Shown one piece after another: positions 21,388-32,123 of a DNA stretch of 34,321 nucleotides. How positions within the stretch are numbered: the first letter of the stretch is position 1; each line of letters begins with the position of its first letter. Origin of the DNA: Saprolegnia diclina VS20 (taxonomy: Eukaryota); contig NW_008246138.1 of assembly GCF_000281045.1 (NCBI RefSeq), positions 47,996-82,316 of the forward strand, written 5' to 3'. A program made the translations under genes and the position numbers. The notes below the pieces were generated by a model that worked only from the letters and a program-made list of their open reading frames with translations, did not search any database and was not told the origin of the DNA.

Positions 21388-22583
21388 ATGGCCGACGGCG
21401 CATGGAAGAGCATACGCTTCGACGAGCTCCGAGTGGGCGAGAAGATCGGCGGTGGCGGCGTGGGCATCGTCTACAGTGGCACGTACCGCGACCAGCCCGT
21501 CGCGCTCAAGACGCTGGTGCGACGTCTGCAGCGATACCACGCACGCCCATACATGCTTGGTGTAGTTTGATCCGCGCGTCGACCAAGCGCTCAAGGACGA
21601 GTACATGGACGAGCTGCTCGTCATGAGGTTGCCCGATATATAGCGGTATGGCGCCTCACGTCGCCGCTTTAGCAAGCTGCAGCACCCGCACGTCGTGCAC
21701 TTTATTGGCGCGTGCATGGAAGCGCCCAACTTGTGCTTTGTCATGGAGCTCTGCAACATGTCGCTCTTCGACCGCCTCCACCGCACGAACCTCGCACTGA
21801 GCGTGACCGAGCTCGTCGAGATTGCGGTGCGTCTCATACAGGCTCCACTCGATGTCTCTCACGCGCATCGTAGACGGGCGTGGCCGACGCCATGAAGTAT
21901 CTCCACGCGCAGTCACCGGCCATCATTCATCGGTAATACATGCCATATCCTTGGATGGCCATTGATGCGTCTTGCCAGCGACCTCAAGAGCCAAAACGTG
22001 CTTCTGGACATGCGTGGCGTGGTCAAGCTCTGCGACTTTGGCCTCGTCTGGTACGTCGTGTTCTGCCGTGGCAAACACGTCGCACATTACTTCCTGATCT
22101 AGCACCAAGGAGACGACGGCGGGGACACCAGCGTACATGCCACCCGAGCTGCTCGCGGGGCGTCCGTTTTCCAAGGCCGTCGACGTGTACATGTATGGCG
22201 TCCTGCTCTGGGAGGTGGGATCTTCTGCTTGTACGGGACCGGATAGCATCAGTTGGCGTCTAGCTCTTTGCTCGCGACGTGCCGTTTCGCGGCTACGACG
22301 TCGACGACATCCAGCGCAAGGTGCTGAATGGCGACCGGCCGCAGATCCCGACGCTCGATTGCCCTCAAAAGTGCCAGGTATGATAGTCGGGACCCGACCG
22401 ATTGACCAAGATGCCTAGGACCTCATTCGCAAGTGCTGGGACCACGAGCCGGCGCGCCGCCCGTCGTTCGAGACGATTCATGCGACGCTCCGCGAGATCG
22501 ACTGCGCGACCGAGTTCCACCGCGCAATGGACCACGTCATGGAGGAAGACGCGCTCGACTGCCTCGTCAAAAAGCGGAAATAG
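21388..22583 (+). CDS. TKL-group Ser/Thr protein kinase, compact and kinase-only (8 exons)
   Basis: Spliced motifs: IGGGGVGIVY, VALK, HPHVVHFIGAC, IIHR/DLKSQNVLL, DFG, AGTPAYMPPE, DVYMYGVLLWE, CWDHEPARRPSF. Stop TAG at 22581-22583. Confidence 0.92.
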
Positions 22584-22925
22584 CGCTCAGCGTCGACCGA
22601 CGATCCATCTGCTTCATCTCCTTCGCAATACGAACCTTCATACGATGTACTACCTGCGATGCCTTTGGACACGCGACAGGAAGCCAGATGCGTGGATGGA
22701 GGCGTTGGCGGGGAGGACGACACCACCTCGTTGGTCTCATCTTTGCCACGCAGCCCTTGCAGGTGACCTGAAACTGTACGTATACCTTGCTCTCGCCGTG
22801 TCCTGCTGCAAGTAATCGCAATAGAAGTGGCGTCGACTGCGGGCGCCATGCCTGCCAGCGTTTTCTCGATATCGCGCATCCTCCAGACGCAGAAGACCAC
22901 GTTAGCATGCAGCATTCGTTAAGGA

Positions 22926-23310
22926 TCAGGACTCGCGCCCAAACAAGTCGAGGCCGAGGTCGTTCCAGCGCTCGGTGCGCTCGGTGCGGAAGCCGGGAAG
23001 CACTAGCATCGTAGGGCAAATGTACAAGGCAATAAACTACAGAGCACCATGTACCTGGACCCATGAGCGGAACGCCGCTCTCTTCCGCGTTGAGGTCCAT
23101 GCCCAGCGGGATCTCGATCTCTATGCACGTTGAGCGGGCCATGATCACGATCAGGGTCATTGTCTACCGTCGTCCGAGAGGCAGTCTTGCATCCACGCTT
23201 CGTCCACGACGTCTAGCAGCATGCGCTCGCGGAAGACGGAGACCACCTTGCTGTCCTATGTACATGCAGCATGCGCTGAGACGTCATCGACATCGCTGGC
23301 CGCGCACCAT
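22926..23310 (-). CDS. APC13: Anaphase-promoting complex subunit 13-like protein, 77 aa (4 exons)
   Basis: Introns at 23256-23307, 23121-23167 and 23003-23054. Product: MDSKVVSVFRERMLLDVVDEAWMQDCLSDDEIEIPLGMDLNAEESGVPLMGPVLPGFRTERTERWNDLGLDLFGRES. It matches the APC13 pattern MDS...LD(L/V)(I/V)D(D/E)AW..D.L...(I/V).IP...W.DL.L. Confidence 0.85.
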
Positions 23311-23553
23311 GGAGGTCGAAGATCGAAGTTCAAAAAGCGAAGTTGCAACGGCGATTGACAAGGGCAGCAAAGGGCGGACAGTCGGCCGCGTCGTCGGAAG
23401 CCAGTGGCATGCAGCGCGCTGGATCCTGCGGAGATGGAGCTGCCATGGGCGTGATGGGCGGCCATTGGCCTTCGCGCTGCGTGCGCGGTTGGCGGCGCGG
23501 GCTGAGCGCTTTGTGACGTTGGTGACGTGTTCAACATGCATTTATTACAGAGC

Positions 23554-23823
23554 TTACTGCTCGCCCGACTGCTGGGCCTTCTTTTGCTCAAACTGTGCCG
23601 GTGTCCACGTCTTCATCTGGAGCGCGTGGATCGAGGTCATTTCTTCCTTGAGCGCTTCGTTCACGGCGCGCTGGCGCTGGAGCAGCCCCATGCCCTGGAA
23701 GAGCGGGCTCACGACAATGACGCTGAACTTGGTGCCGCAGCCGTCCGAGTTGTCTTCGACCTGGATGTACGTCACTTGCAGCGCCGCTTCGAGCTTAGCA
23801 GAGAGTTCGGCCGTGGTCACCAT
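23554..23823 (-). CDS. BolA-family protein (BOLA2-like)
   Basis: EDNSDGCGTKFSVIVVSPLFQG..LLQRQRAVN..L..E...IHALQMKTWTP; intronless, 89 aa. Confidence 0.92.
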   Translation of the reverse strand: MVTTAELSAKLEAALQVTYIQVEDNSDGCGTKFSVIVVSPLFQGMGLLQRQRAVNEALKEEMTSIHALQMKTWTPAQFEQKKAQQSGEQ

Positions 23824-24475
23824 CGTCGTCGTGTCGGACGGATTCGCAAATGAATTCGTTCAACCCGCGAGCACCATTATCCGGAGGTCGCTCCTCGTTA
23901 TCCGGTATGCGACTGGGACATCCCGCGATGCATCATCGTTTGGGATGATGGCATCGGGTGCTCCATCATGCACGCGATGATGGCATCGAGGAAGCTAGTG
24001 GCAGCCAGGAGGCGTCCGCCACTGCGCCTGCAAAGGAGCTGGAGCGGATGGGTGACGCAGCTTCCAGTGCCCACATGCCCATCCTTCCAACGACCCTCGC
24101 AGTTCAGTACAGTACTGGAACATTGCAGCTCCAACACGCACAGCATGTGTAGTAGTATGTGCTCAGCTAGTTTATGGCTCGCGCCCTTTTTTGGACTCGG
24201 AGCTAACCCATAGCGTTGTCGATATGCGCATGCAGCCAAGAATTGGTCGAGGTCGTCGCCAACAGCAGAGTATGTAGTCCAGAGGACCTGTCGACCATGC
24301 GCGTAGGCGCTTCCGCACGCCTGATGCGACTTTGGATGCGTCATCTTGCCGGAATCGCGCTTCCGCCTGCAGGCGCCGTGCCCCTTCTCTCATGGTGGAG
24401 TCGGATCGGGCATACGCAGTGTTGATTCGCTCGTAAATCGAATCTTTTTGACCAGTAAGCCGCAGCGTTGCGCGG

Positions 24476-24548
24476 ATTGGTGCAAAAGCGACCAATGAAG
24501 CGAGCTGGCTTGCGATTGGTGGAGATCGAAATCGTCGTTTTGGATTGG
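24476..24548. promoter_or_regulatory. Cluster of four CCAAT/ATTGG boxes upstream of SNU13
   Basis: ATTGG at 24476, 24515 and 24544 and CCAAT at 24492, 90-165 nt upstream of the ATG at 24639. Confidence 0.45.
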
Positions 24549-24638
24549 GTGGTCCCGGCGAGTGCTCGGCTGGTGCAACTAAGATCTACTACGCAGCATA
24601 CTCCATTTAGCAGTGATCTACAAGTGAGCTTCTATACC

Positions 24639-25025
24639 ATGTCTGACGCCGCCGTGAACCCCAAGGCCTACCCGCTCGCCGATGCCAAGCTCACCGTGAG
24701 CATCCTCGACCTCGTGCAGCAGGCCACCAACTACAAGCAGATCAAGAAGGGCGCCAACGAGGCCACCAAGACGCTCAACCGTGGTATCTCCGAGTTCATC
24801 GTGATGGCCGCCGACACGGAGCCGCTTGAGATCCTCCTCCACTTGCCGCTCCTCTGCGAAGACAAGAACGTCCCGTACGTCTTTGTCCCGTCCAAGGTCG
24901 CCCTTGGCCGTGCCTGCGGCGTCTCGCGCCCGGTCATCTCGGCCTCGATCACGTCCAACGACGCGTCGCAGCTCGGCCCCCAGATCCGCGCCATGCGCGA
25001 ACAGATCGAGCAGCTCCTCATCTAA
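24639..25025 (+). CDS. SNU13: Snu13/15.5K kink-turn-binding protein (U4/U6 snRNP and box C/D snoRNP)
   Basis: [93 protein letters not shown]. Confidence 0.97.
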   Translation: MSDAAVNPKAYPLADAKLTVSILDLVQQATNYKQIKKGANEATKTLNRGISEFIVMAADTEPLEILLHLPLLCEDKNVPYVFVPSKVALGRACGVSRPVISASITSNDASQLGPQIRAMREQIEQLLI

Positions 25026-25100
25026 GCATGAGATCGAGCCACGACTTGAGCGCATGTAACTTAACACATGTAAATTTAAATGCTCCACGACAATCCTTAT

Positions 25101-25904
25101 TTATTTGCTGGTGACCATAAGCACATATTCGCGCGAGCTTTCGCCAAAGGTCAGCACATCGCGCTCGCGGAGCTCAATGTAGCGCGAGTGGTCGATCTTC
25201 TTGCCGTTCAGAAACGTGTGGTTGGTGCTTTTGAGGTCCATGATGTACGGCTTGATGGTCTGGATGAGCTCGGGCTGGTCGAGCTCCGACGCCCGGTGCT
25301 CCGTCACGCGCAGCCGGAACTGCAGTACCGCGTGCTGCTTCGAAATCGACTCGTGCTCCATGAAGACGTCAGCCACCTTCTTGTCGCGACCAAAGAGGCA
25401 GGCGCTCTGTCGGTGCAAGTGCAGCGTCGCTATGCACGACCAGCGTGAGCTCCATGTCGTGGAATATGCAATCGAACGCACCAATGTTTTCATCCTTCTT
25501 GAAGACGTAGAAGCGCCAACGCTTGTCGGGCACGCGGGCTTCGGGCGGCTCGCACCACTTCATGACGACGCCATTCCGCGTGTTGCCCGTCGCGCTGTCT
25601 TTCGCCAAGGCGCCGCTCAAGCCAAAGTTGGGCTTCTGCACGACGACAGGCTCCTCGTTCGGGTCCTTAGGCTCCTCGGGTTGGCCCCACCTGCATAGAT
25701 GAGGCTGCATGAGCTGCAAAGTTCGTCATCGCAGCTGCCTTACGCAAACTTCTCGCCCTTGCCGCCGTCCACGAGGTGCGTAAAGTCGCGCGGCTTGACG
25801 TGGCCATTCCGCTGGCGCGGCTCTCGGCTGCGGGACCGCGACCGCTGTCGGGCGTCGCTCCGGTCACGCGACCGGGATCGGGATCGGCGGCGACGGTCTG
25901 CCAT
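25101..25904 (-). CDS. SNIP1: FHA-domain splicing factor, SNIP1/Pml1/DAWDLE-like (3 exons)
   Basis: RS-rich N-terminus, KPNFGLSGALAKD, EPPEARVPDKRWRFYVFK, LFGRD, HESISKQHAVLQFR, PYIMDLKSTNHTFLN, FGESSREYVL. Confidence 0.9.
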
Positions 25905-26124
25905 CGCTCGTCTGTTTTCTGCGTTTGATGGCTGGTCCAAGCCTCGACTCGGCTTTAGTTTAACCCATTGTCCCATTCTGTGCACTCCTCTTTTGTATGA
26001 AGCTTTGAGGGACCCAGTGGGAGAAAGGTGGGAAATAGCATGTGCCTAGTTAGTCGGCGCGTAGTCGATCGAGCGCTGACCATCACTCATATCGAACAAC
26101 CTTGCAGCGAGTGGGTCATTTGCC

Positions 26125-27834
26125 ATGACGACGGCTCAAGCAGCGACCGAACCGACGCCGACGCTCGAGGAGCTGCAGCAGTCGCACTCTGGCGCGAACC
26201 TCGACCTCGTCCTGCTCTTCGCCTCGCGCAGCGTTTCCGAGATTGCGGCGCGCGTCGACTTTCTCCTGCGCTCTGGCCAGCGCATGCTGCTGCATGAAGA
26301 GCTTCCGCGCGCCTGTGGGTCCGTCGCCAGCGTGGACGCTCTTGAGATTTTCCTCCTCTTCCTTGAACACCAAGCCACGGTACGCCGCTACCTCCACCAT
26401 GAAGCCTCTTACGACAGCGTTGTAGGAGCACCCGGCCGCGCTGAGCGTGACCATGTCGCTGCTGCCGCAGCTGCCCACCGCCGAGCTCGTGTCATCGAGC
26501 GTACAAGAGGCGGCGACGCGCTTCTTCCAAAAGCACCTTCCGATCAAGGCGACCAACACGTCAATGACGGGTCTCTTTTGCGCCTTGTACGACGTGCCAA
26601 TGGCCCTGCGCGTCGACACGTTCAACGCATGGCTGCGCCTCGACTCGGTGGCCGCGCTCAAGTTCCTCGAGGCCGGCCACGTCGCAGCCCACGCCGATGT
26701 AGATGCGACGCTGCGCTTCCTCGTCGAGAAGACGCACTTTAACGCGGCAGACCGCCTCGCTGTGCACGTGCCGTCGCTCCAGCGGGCGTACGTGCAGGCG
26801 CTCGTCGACACGTACGCGGACGCCAAGGTCACGAAGAAGCGCATCACCCGCTTCAACTTTCTGCCCGACGACTTTCCCGAGTTTGTTGCTCGGTAGATGC
26901 AGCTCTCGCCGTCTCGATTCTCATTATGCTACTGCGTAGGCGACGCCGGGCGACCATCAAGTACCTTGTCAAGGCCGGACAGTTCGGCGACGTCGACCAA
27001 GCCGTCGGTGGCGACGCGAGTGCGATGAAGTTTGCGTGTCGCTGCGCCTACGACACGTGCGGCGCCGACAGCGACGTCACGCGGCAGTTTGTGCAACAGT
27101 ACAACCTCGGCAGTCTCTTCCCGGACGTCGTCGCATCGCCGGACGCCGGCGACCTCTCGCTTCTGATGGACGACCCGCCGCGCCTCGACGGCTTTGCCTC
27201 GATCCTCACGTACATGCCACGCAGCCACATATGCTTTCTCGCATCGCCCGAGGACGTATCCAGCGCACTGGCCGACTTGCTCGCAGCGCCGTGTGTCGGT
27301 CTCGACTGCGAGTGGCGCGCCTCGTACAACTCGTTCACGTCGACCGGCAGTATGGGTAACCCGTGCGCGCTGCTGCAGCTTGCGACGAGCTCGCATGTCT
27401 ACCTCATCGACATGCTCGTGCCCGGCATGCTGGACCCGTTGGCGCCGTGGCTGGCGTCGCCGTCGTCGCTCAAGCTCGGCTTTGACATCAAAAGCGACCT
27501 CGCCGCGCTCCAAGCGCCATTGGTGCGTGGCGTCGTGGACCTGCAGACAGTCGCCAAGAAGACAAGTCTTCTCCCCTCGAACCGGCCGTCGCTCTCGGAC
27601 CTCGCCCTCAAGTACCTCGGCCTTCCACTTGACAAGCGTGTGCGCATGTCCAACTGGGAGCGCCGCCCGCTCACAGACATGCAAACTGAGTACGCCGCTT
27701 TGGACGCCTACGTGCTCGTTGCGGCGTACGCGGCCGCCATCTCGGCTCCGAACGTTGCGGCGGCCGTCGCCCACTGCCGCTACGACGCGGGCAGCACCAA
27801 GACAGATGCCATCGCCCCTGTATCATCGACTTGA
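26125..27834 (+). CDS. DEDDy 3'-5' exonuclease, EXD3/mut-7-like (3 exons)
   Basis: ExoI VGLDCEW, ALLQLAT, ExoII KLGFDIKSDL, SLSDLALKYLGLPLDK, SNWERRPLT, ExoIII YAALDA. Long helical N-terminal region; introns at about 26379-26425 and 26893-26939. Confidence 0.85.
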
Positions 27835-27894
27835 GCTCCGTTAATCGACTACGAGTACACTTTAGACGACGAGTACTAGTAGATTGTAGAAGCG

Positions 27895-29766
27895 TTAGGC
27901 TGCCATGAAGCTCGAGAGCGCGTCGGCAAACACGACAGGCTCCGACTCGGCGGGGAGCAAAAGGTGTTCTTGGATCGCCGGCGGCAGCGCCGACGCTTTG
28001 AGAAAAAACTCGTTGAGTTTGAGCTGGAGCATGTCCTTTTCTTCGCTCACGGTGCGCAGCTGCGCGATCGCGTCGTGGGCCATCGACGCACGCGCCGTCA
28101 CATCGGCCAGTCGCGCCGCCTCGGCAGCGGCCAGTTGCGCTCGCAGCGACGCTTCTGTCTGCAGCGACTCGGCGAGGCGGTCGACAAGCGCCGTCCGCGC
28201 GACGGCCTCGTCCGCGCGCGTCGCCTCCATCTGCGACATGTCGCTTTTCAATGACGCAATCGACTCGTTGGCCGCCTTGACGTCGATCTCGCGCTGCCGC
28301 AGCGCTTCTTGGAGCTGGACGATCGTCGCTTGCGCCGCCCCGAGCTCGTCGCGCGTCCGGCGCGTTTCGTTGACGTCCATGTTGACGCGCGCGAGCGACG
28401 CGGCGTGGGCCTTGGCCTGCAAGGCTTGTTCTTGCTGCAACCGCGCCTCGAGCGTCACCTTTTCCCGCTGAAAGTGCTCGAGCAGCGTCGTGTGCTTGGC
28501 CTTGTACGCCGCGTCCAACGCATTGCGCTCGTCGGCGAGCTGGTCGTCGGTCCATGCGGCGTACGCGGCGGCGGTCGCGTGCTGGAAAAAGGCAGCGCCG
28601 TCGGCCGCGACGCGCTCGCTCCAGACGCGGTGCTTGGCCGGGCCGCGACATGCGTCGTGGTACTGAGCCGAGATGGTTAGGAGCGCGGACGCGGGCTCTT
28701 GCGAGCGATCCGCCGTCGCCGCGTGCCAGAGCTGCGTGCACAGCGCCGAGCAGAACGCCTCCGAGTTGGCGTCCAGCGCGTCTCGCTGGTCGCGATCGAG
28801 ACGCCGAAGAGCGTTCAGAAGCGCCGCCTTGGCCTTGGACCGGGCTGGCGCTTGGGGAAAGGCCGCGCCGGACGCAAAGAGACCGAGCGCCATCCGAGAC
28901 ACGTCGTCGTGCAGCGTCTCGTACGCGGGCAGCTCGAGCGGCGGCGACTCGGTGACCACGCCGTCCATCGCATCTCGGTACGTCTGGAGCGCATCGGCAA
29001 CAATGGGCTGGCACTGCAGGTCGACGACGTGGTCCCAGGCGGAGAGGAGGTCCAGCGCGCCGTCGGCCGTCGGCTGCAGACACGCGTCGAGGAACGCAAT
29101 GAGGAGCGGTCCGGTGAACGTCACGTTGAAGAGCCGCTTCTCGGGCACCGCGTCGAGAAGCGTGGCGCGGCAGACGCTGAGAAAAGCGTCGTCGGCGTCG
29201 GTCGGAAGCTCGATCGTGCCAACGTGACGCGCTTTCACGAGCTGTGCGTCATGTGGGCGACCGCCGACGCCGGGCCACGCACCCGGTGTGAAGACTGGCG
29301 ACAAGCCAGGCGTGATCCAGGCCATCGACGGCAGAAACGGAGCTACGTCGGGTGTGTCGTTGCTGAGTCCTTGCAGCAAGTGCGCCGCCGCGTCGACTTC
29401 GCCGCTGCCAATGTGGAGGACAAGGCTGGCGAGTGCAACCGCCACTGCGCGGAGAGGGCTCGGGCCCGACGGCAGCTGCAGATCGAGCAATAGCACGCAC
29501 CGACCGGATTGCATGTAGTCGGCGGAGCCTACAATGTAGATGCCAGGCGCGGTGCTGGACGCATCGCGGGCGGGCGGACCTTCACCGAGCACGCGGCTCG
29601 CATCGCGTAGCCGGTCGGGCCCGCCTGTGACGACAAGCGTGCCAATAGGGTACTCGAAGCCCTGGAGGAAGGCGACGCCGGCGGCGGCGAGGTGCATCGT
29701 CTCGCCGTCGTCCTCGATGAGCCGGATCGGCGCCGGCGGCCATTCCCACACGACCTCTTCCGTCAT
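27895..29766 (-). CDS. Guanylate-binding protein (GBP)-like protein with degenerate GTPase motifs and a C-terminal coiled coil
   Basis: APIRLIED...VAFLQGFEYPIGTLVVTG, PGIYIVG, VLLLD, ALASLVLH, KRLFNVTFTGPLLIAFL, SAWDHVV...C, and ANSEAFC...YHDACRGPAK follow the order of GBP motifs, then a long coiled coil. Start chosen at MTEEVVW (29766). Confidence 0.7.
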   Translation of the reverse strand: MTEEVVWEWPPAPIRLIEDDGETMHLAAAGVAFLQGFEYPIGTLVVTGGPDRLRDASRVLGEGPPARDASSTAPGIYIVGSADYMQSGRCVLLLDLQLPSGPSPLRAVAVALASLVLHIGSGEVDAAAHLLQGLSNDTPDVAPFLPSMAWITPGLSPVFTPGAWPGVGGRPHDAQLVKARHVGTIELPTDADDAFLSVCRATLLDAVPEKRLFNVTFTGPLLIAFLDACLQPTADGALDLLSAWDHVVDLQCQPIVADALQTYRDAMDGVVTESPPLELPAYETLHDDVSRMALGLFASGAAFPQAPARSKAKAALLNALRRLDRDQRDALDANSEAFCSALCTQLWHAATADRSQEPASALLTISAQYHDACRGPAKHRVWSERVAADGAAFFQHATAAAYAAWTDDQLADERNALDAAYKAKHTTLLEHFQREKVTLEARLQQEQALQAKAHAASLARVNMDVNETRRTRDELGAAQATIVQLQEALRQREIDVKAANESIASLKSDMSQMEATRADEAVARTALVDRLAESLQTEASLRAQLAAAEAARLADVTARASMAHDAIAQLRTVSEEKDMLQLKLNEFFLKASALPPAIQEHLLLPAESEPVVFADALSSFMAA

Positions 29767-29820
29767 CACTCGAATTTGCAATAGCCAATCAAATCGCGTC
29801 GAAGATTTTGGTTTGGGCCG

Positions 29821-32082
29821 ATGGGCTCGCGCTGGCAGCAGCTCTACGGTCGCGCCGTGCCACCCGAGAACCAAGCCGACGAGGCGCGTGACGACGGCGA
29901 CTCGTGGGTCGACGCGTGGCAGCGGCATGCGCTCGTCGACGACGCGCGTCACCGCATCCTCGACAACAACGCCACCAATAGCGACGACGACGTGGCTTTT
30001 CCGTGGCCTCCGCCCATGAGCCATCTCGATGCTGCGCCTGAGGTCGACGCCGATGTCCAGGCGCAAGCCAAGAAGCACATCCAGGCGTGGCTGTACGTCG
30101 AAGAATCGGCCAAGACCATCAAGTGGGCAATCTACTTTGTGCAACGTTGCCCATGGTATCGATGTGTAGGCAAACACTGCAGAGTGGGAAGCCGTCGCAG
30201 CCAAAGCGACAGGTGAACGCACCAGCAATGACCATGCCAAGAGCGTTGTGGGTCTAGATTCTACAGCAACCACCGCCGACAGTGGCGAGATATCGGCCTG
30301 CTGCGCCTGCTCGACAAGCCCAGCGCTCGGTCGCGCCGGTGCCCACAAAGGCCAAGACACCCGTGCTCTCTCGATCCGCCGTTCGTAGCATGCCAAAGAC
30401 GGGGTCTCCTTTGCTGGTAGAGCAACCTACTCGTCGCACTCGAGGTGCTTCGTCGACAACGGTCTTCAAGCCGCGGGCTCAGAGCGCCCCAAACGAGCTG
30501 TCCCGGCAAAACGCCGTCGCGTCGCGCCGACTCGCGCAGGAGATCACGCGCGTCTCGGCGCTCCAGGAAGCCAACGCCCAGCGTACGTATGCCCGCACCA
30601 TCCTCCGTAAGTCGTGGAGTACCTGGGTGCGTTCGATGGTGTGTGGACGAGCCGACCTGCAACACGCGACCTACACGCACCACCTCTCGCTGCTACAGCG
30701 TCACCTGCACGGATGGCGCCGCGTGGCCAAGGCGCATCAACGTGTGCGTGTTGCTGCCCATGCGCAAGCGCGGCTCGAGACGCTCCTGGTGCTCGAGCGC
30801 CTCGCAGGTCAGCACTACCGCGCGAAAGCTCTCTTTCGGTGCTTTGTACGCTGGCGCGCATTCGCAGGCCGCAGCAAGCGCGAGAAGGCGCAGTGTGTCG
30901 GCGCCAGCCAGCGCCGGCAGCTGGCCGCAACGCTACTGACCGCTGCGCTGACACCCAACGTCGCGTCGCGCCGCCATAGCGGGACCTCGCCGGCGTTTCC
31001 CAAGCAAAACGTCGTGCGTCGGTCGGTGCAGCAATGGACGCAACAAGCCGCTGCTAGCCCCGTGAAGGGCCAAGCCACGAGTCCGCTGCCACCCAAGAAG
31101 CCAAAGCCCAAAGTCAAGATATCGCGATGCGACGCACCGCCGCCGGCCGCCATTGTCGACATGCACGTGCGCATGGCCGAGCGCAAGGCGCGCTGGGACC
31201 TACTCCAAGAAAGGTATCGGCTCAAGCAGGCTTTGGCTGCCGAGGTCGAGGCGCAGATGCGAGCGGCCCAAGCCGCTGCGGCCGAGCAGGAGCGTCTGGC
31301 GGCGATCGAGCGCAAGCGGGCGTTGAAGCGGTACACATGGAAGAGATTGGTGCTTTATCATATATCACGACCTCTGTGTGTAGCGTGGCGCAGCGCAAGG
31401 AGGAGGCGGCGTTGCAGGAGAAAGAGCTGCGTCGCCAGCAACTGCTGCTCGCCAAGCGCCACGCCGCCCGTGCCACTGTGTACTGGCGCGGTTTCCTTCC
31501 GTGGTGGCACCGCCACGTCTACACAAAGTTCTCAATATCGTCGAGCGTACGCGTGGACTGATGCGCATCTAGACGGCTATTGACCAAGGCGGTCAACTGG
31601 CACCACGACACGCTGCTTTGCTCTGTGTTTCGTGCGTGGACGAGGTTTCTACTGGCGGCGCGGGCCGACCGCGTCCGTGCAGAGGACGAAGCGCTCGATG
31701 ATGCGCGATGGTATCATCAGTACCGGCGCCTCCGCGTGCTCTTTGCTCAGTGGAAGGTGCAAACGTGTCGTCCATCGGGAGAGATCTAAGATTTGAGGCG
31801 ATGTAGGCAACGCACATACAGACACAGCGCAAGGCTGAGAGCATCGCCCAGCAACACGGCTGGCACCTCGTGGCTGCAATATGGCAGAGCATGCATTCGC
31901 GCGTGGCTGCGCGCGACGCGCAAGTGCATGCGGCGCAGAGTCGGCGGATGCGACGGCAATGTGTTCGGGTCGTCGCCGCGTGGCGCGCGTTCGTGCGAGC
32001 GTCGCAAGCCGCGGCCGAGATCGAGAGAGAGAAAGAGAGCATGCGACGCCAAGTGTTCGAGTGGCTACGCGAGGCCGGGTAA
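29821..32082 (+). CDS. Coiled-coil protein with Sfi1-like tryptophan repeats (CCDC191/Sfi1-like; multi-exon)
   Basis: Exon 29821-30092 splices through 30170-30211 into ORF 30282 and later exons. Periodic motifs LRKSWSTW, LQRHLHGWR, LFRCFVRWR, WRGFLPWW, LCSVFRAW, LRVLFAQWK and VRVVAAWR. Confidence 0.65.
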
Positions 32083-32123
32083 ATGTATGGTATTCACAAG
32101 CACGACAATCCAGTCACTGCAGC

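Noticed and set aside
23063..23980. 305-aa plus-strand ORF
   Set aside because: It overlaps the convincing minus-strand APC13 and BolA genes in antisense and has no recognisable domain.
23930..24000. Box C/D snoRNA near SNU13
   Set aside because: The GATGATGG motifs do not match box C (RUGAUGA), and I saw no suitably placed CUGA box D with a terminal stem.
29767..30396. N-terminal 210 codons of the 833-aa ORF 27895-30396
   Set aside because: It is the antisense shadow of the first exons of the plus-strand gene starting at 29821; GBP-like similarity begins only at MTEEVVW (29766).
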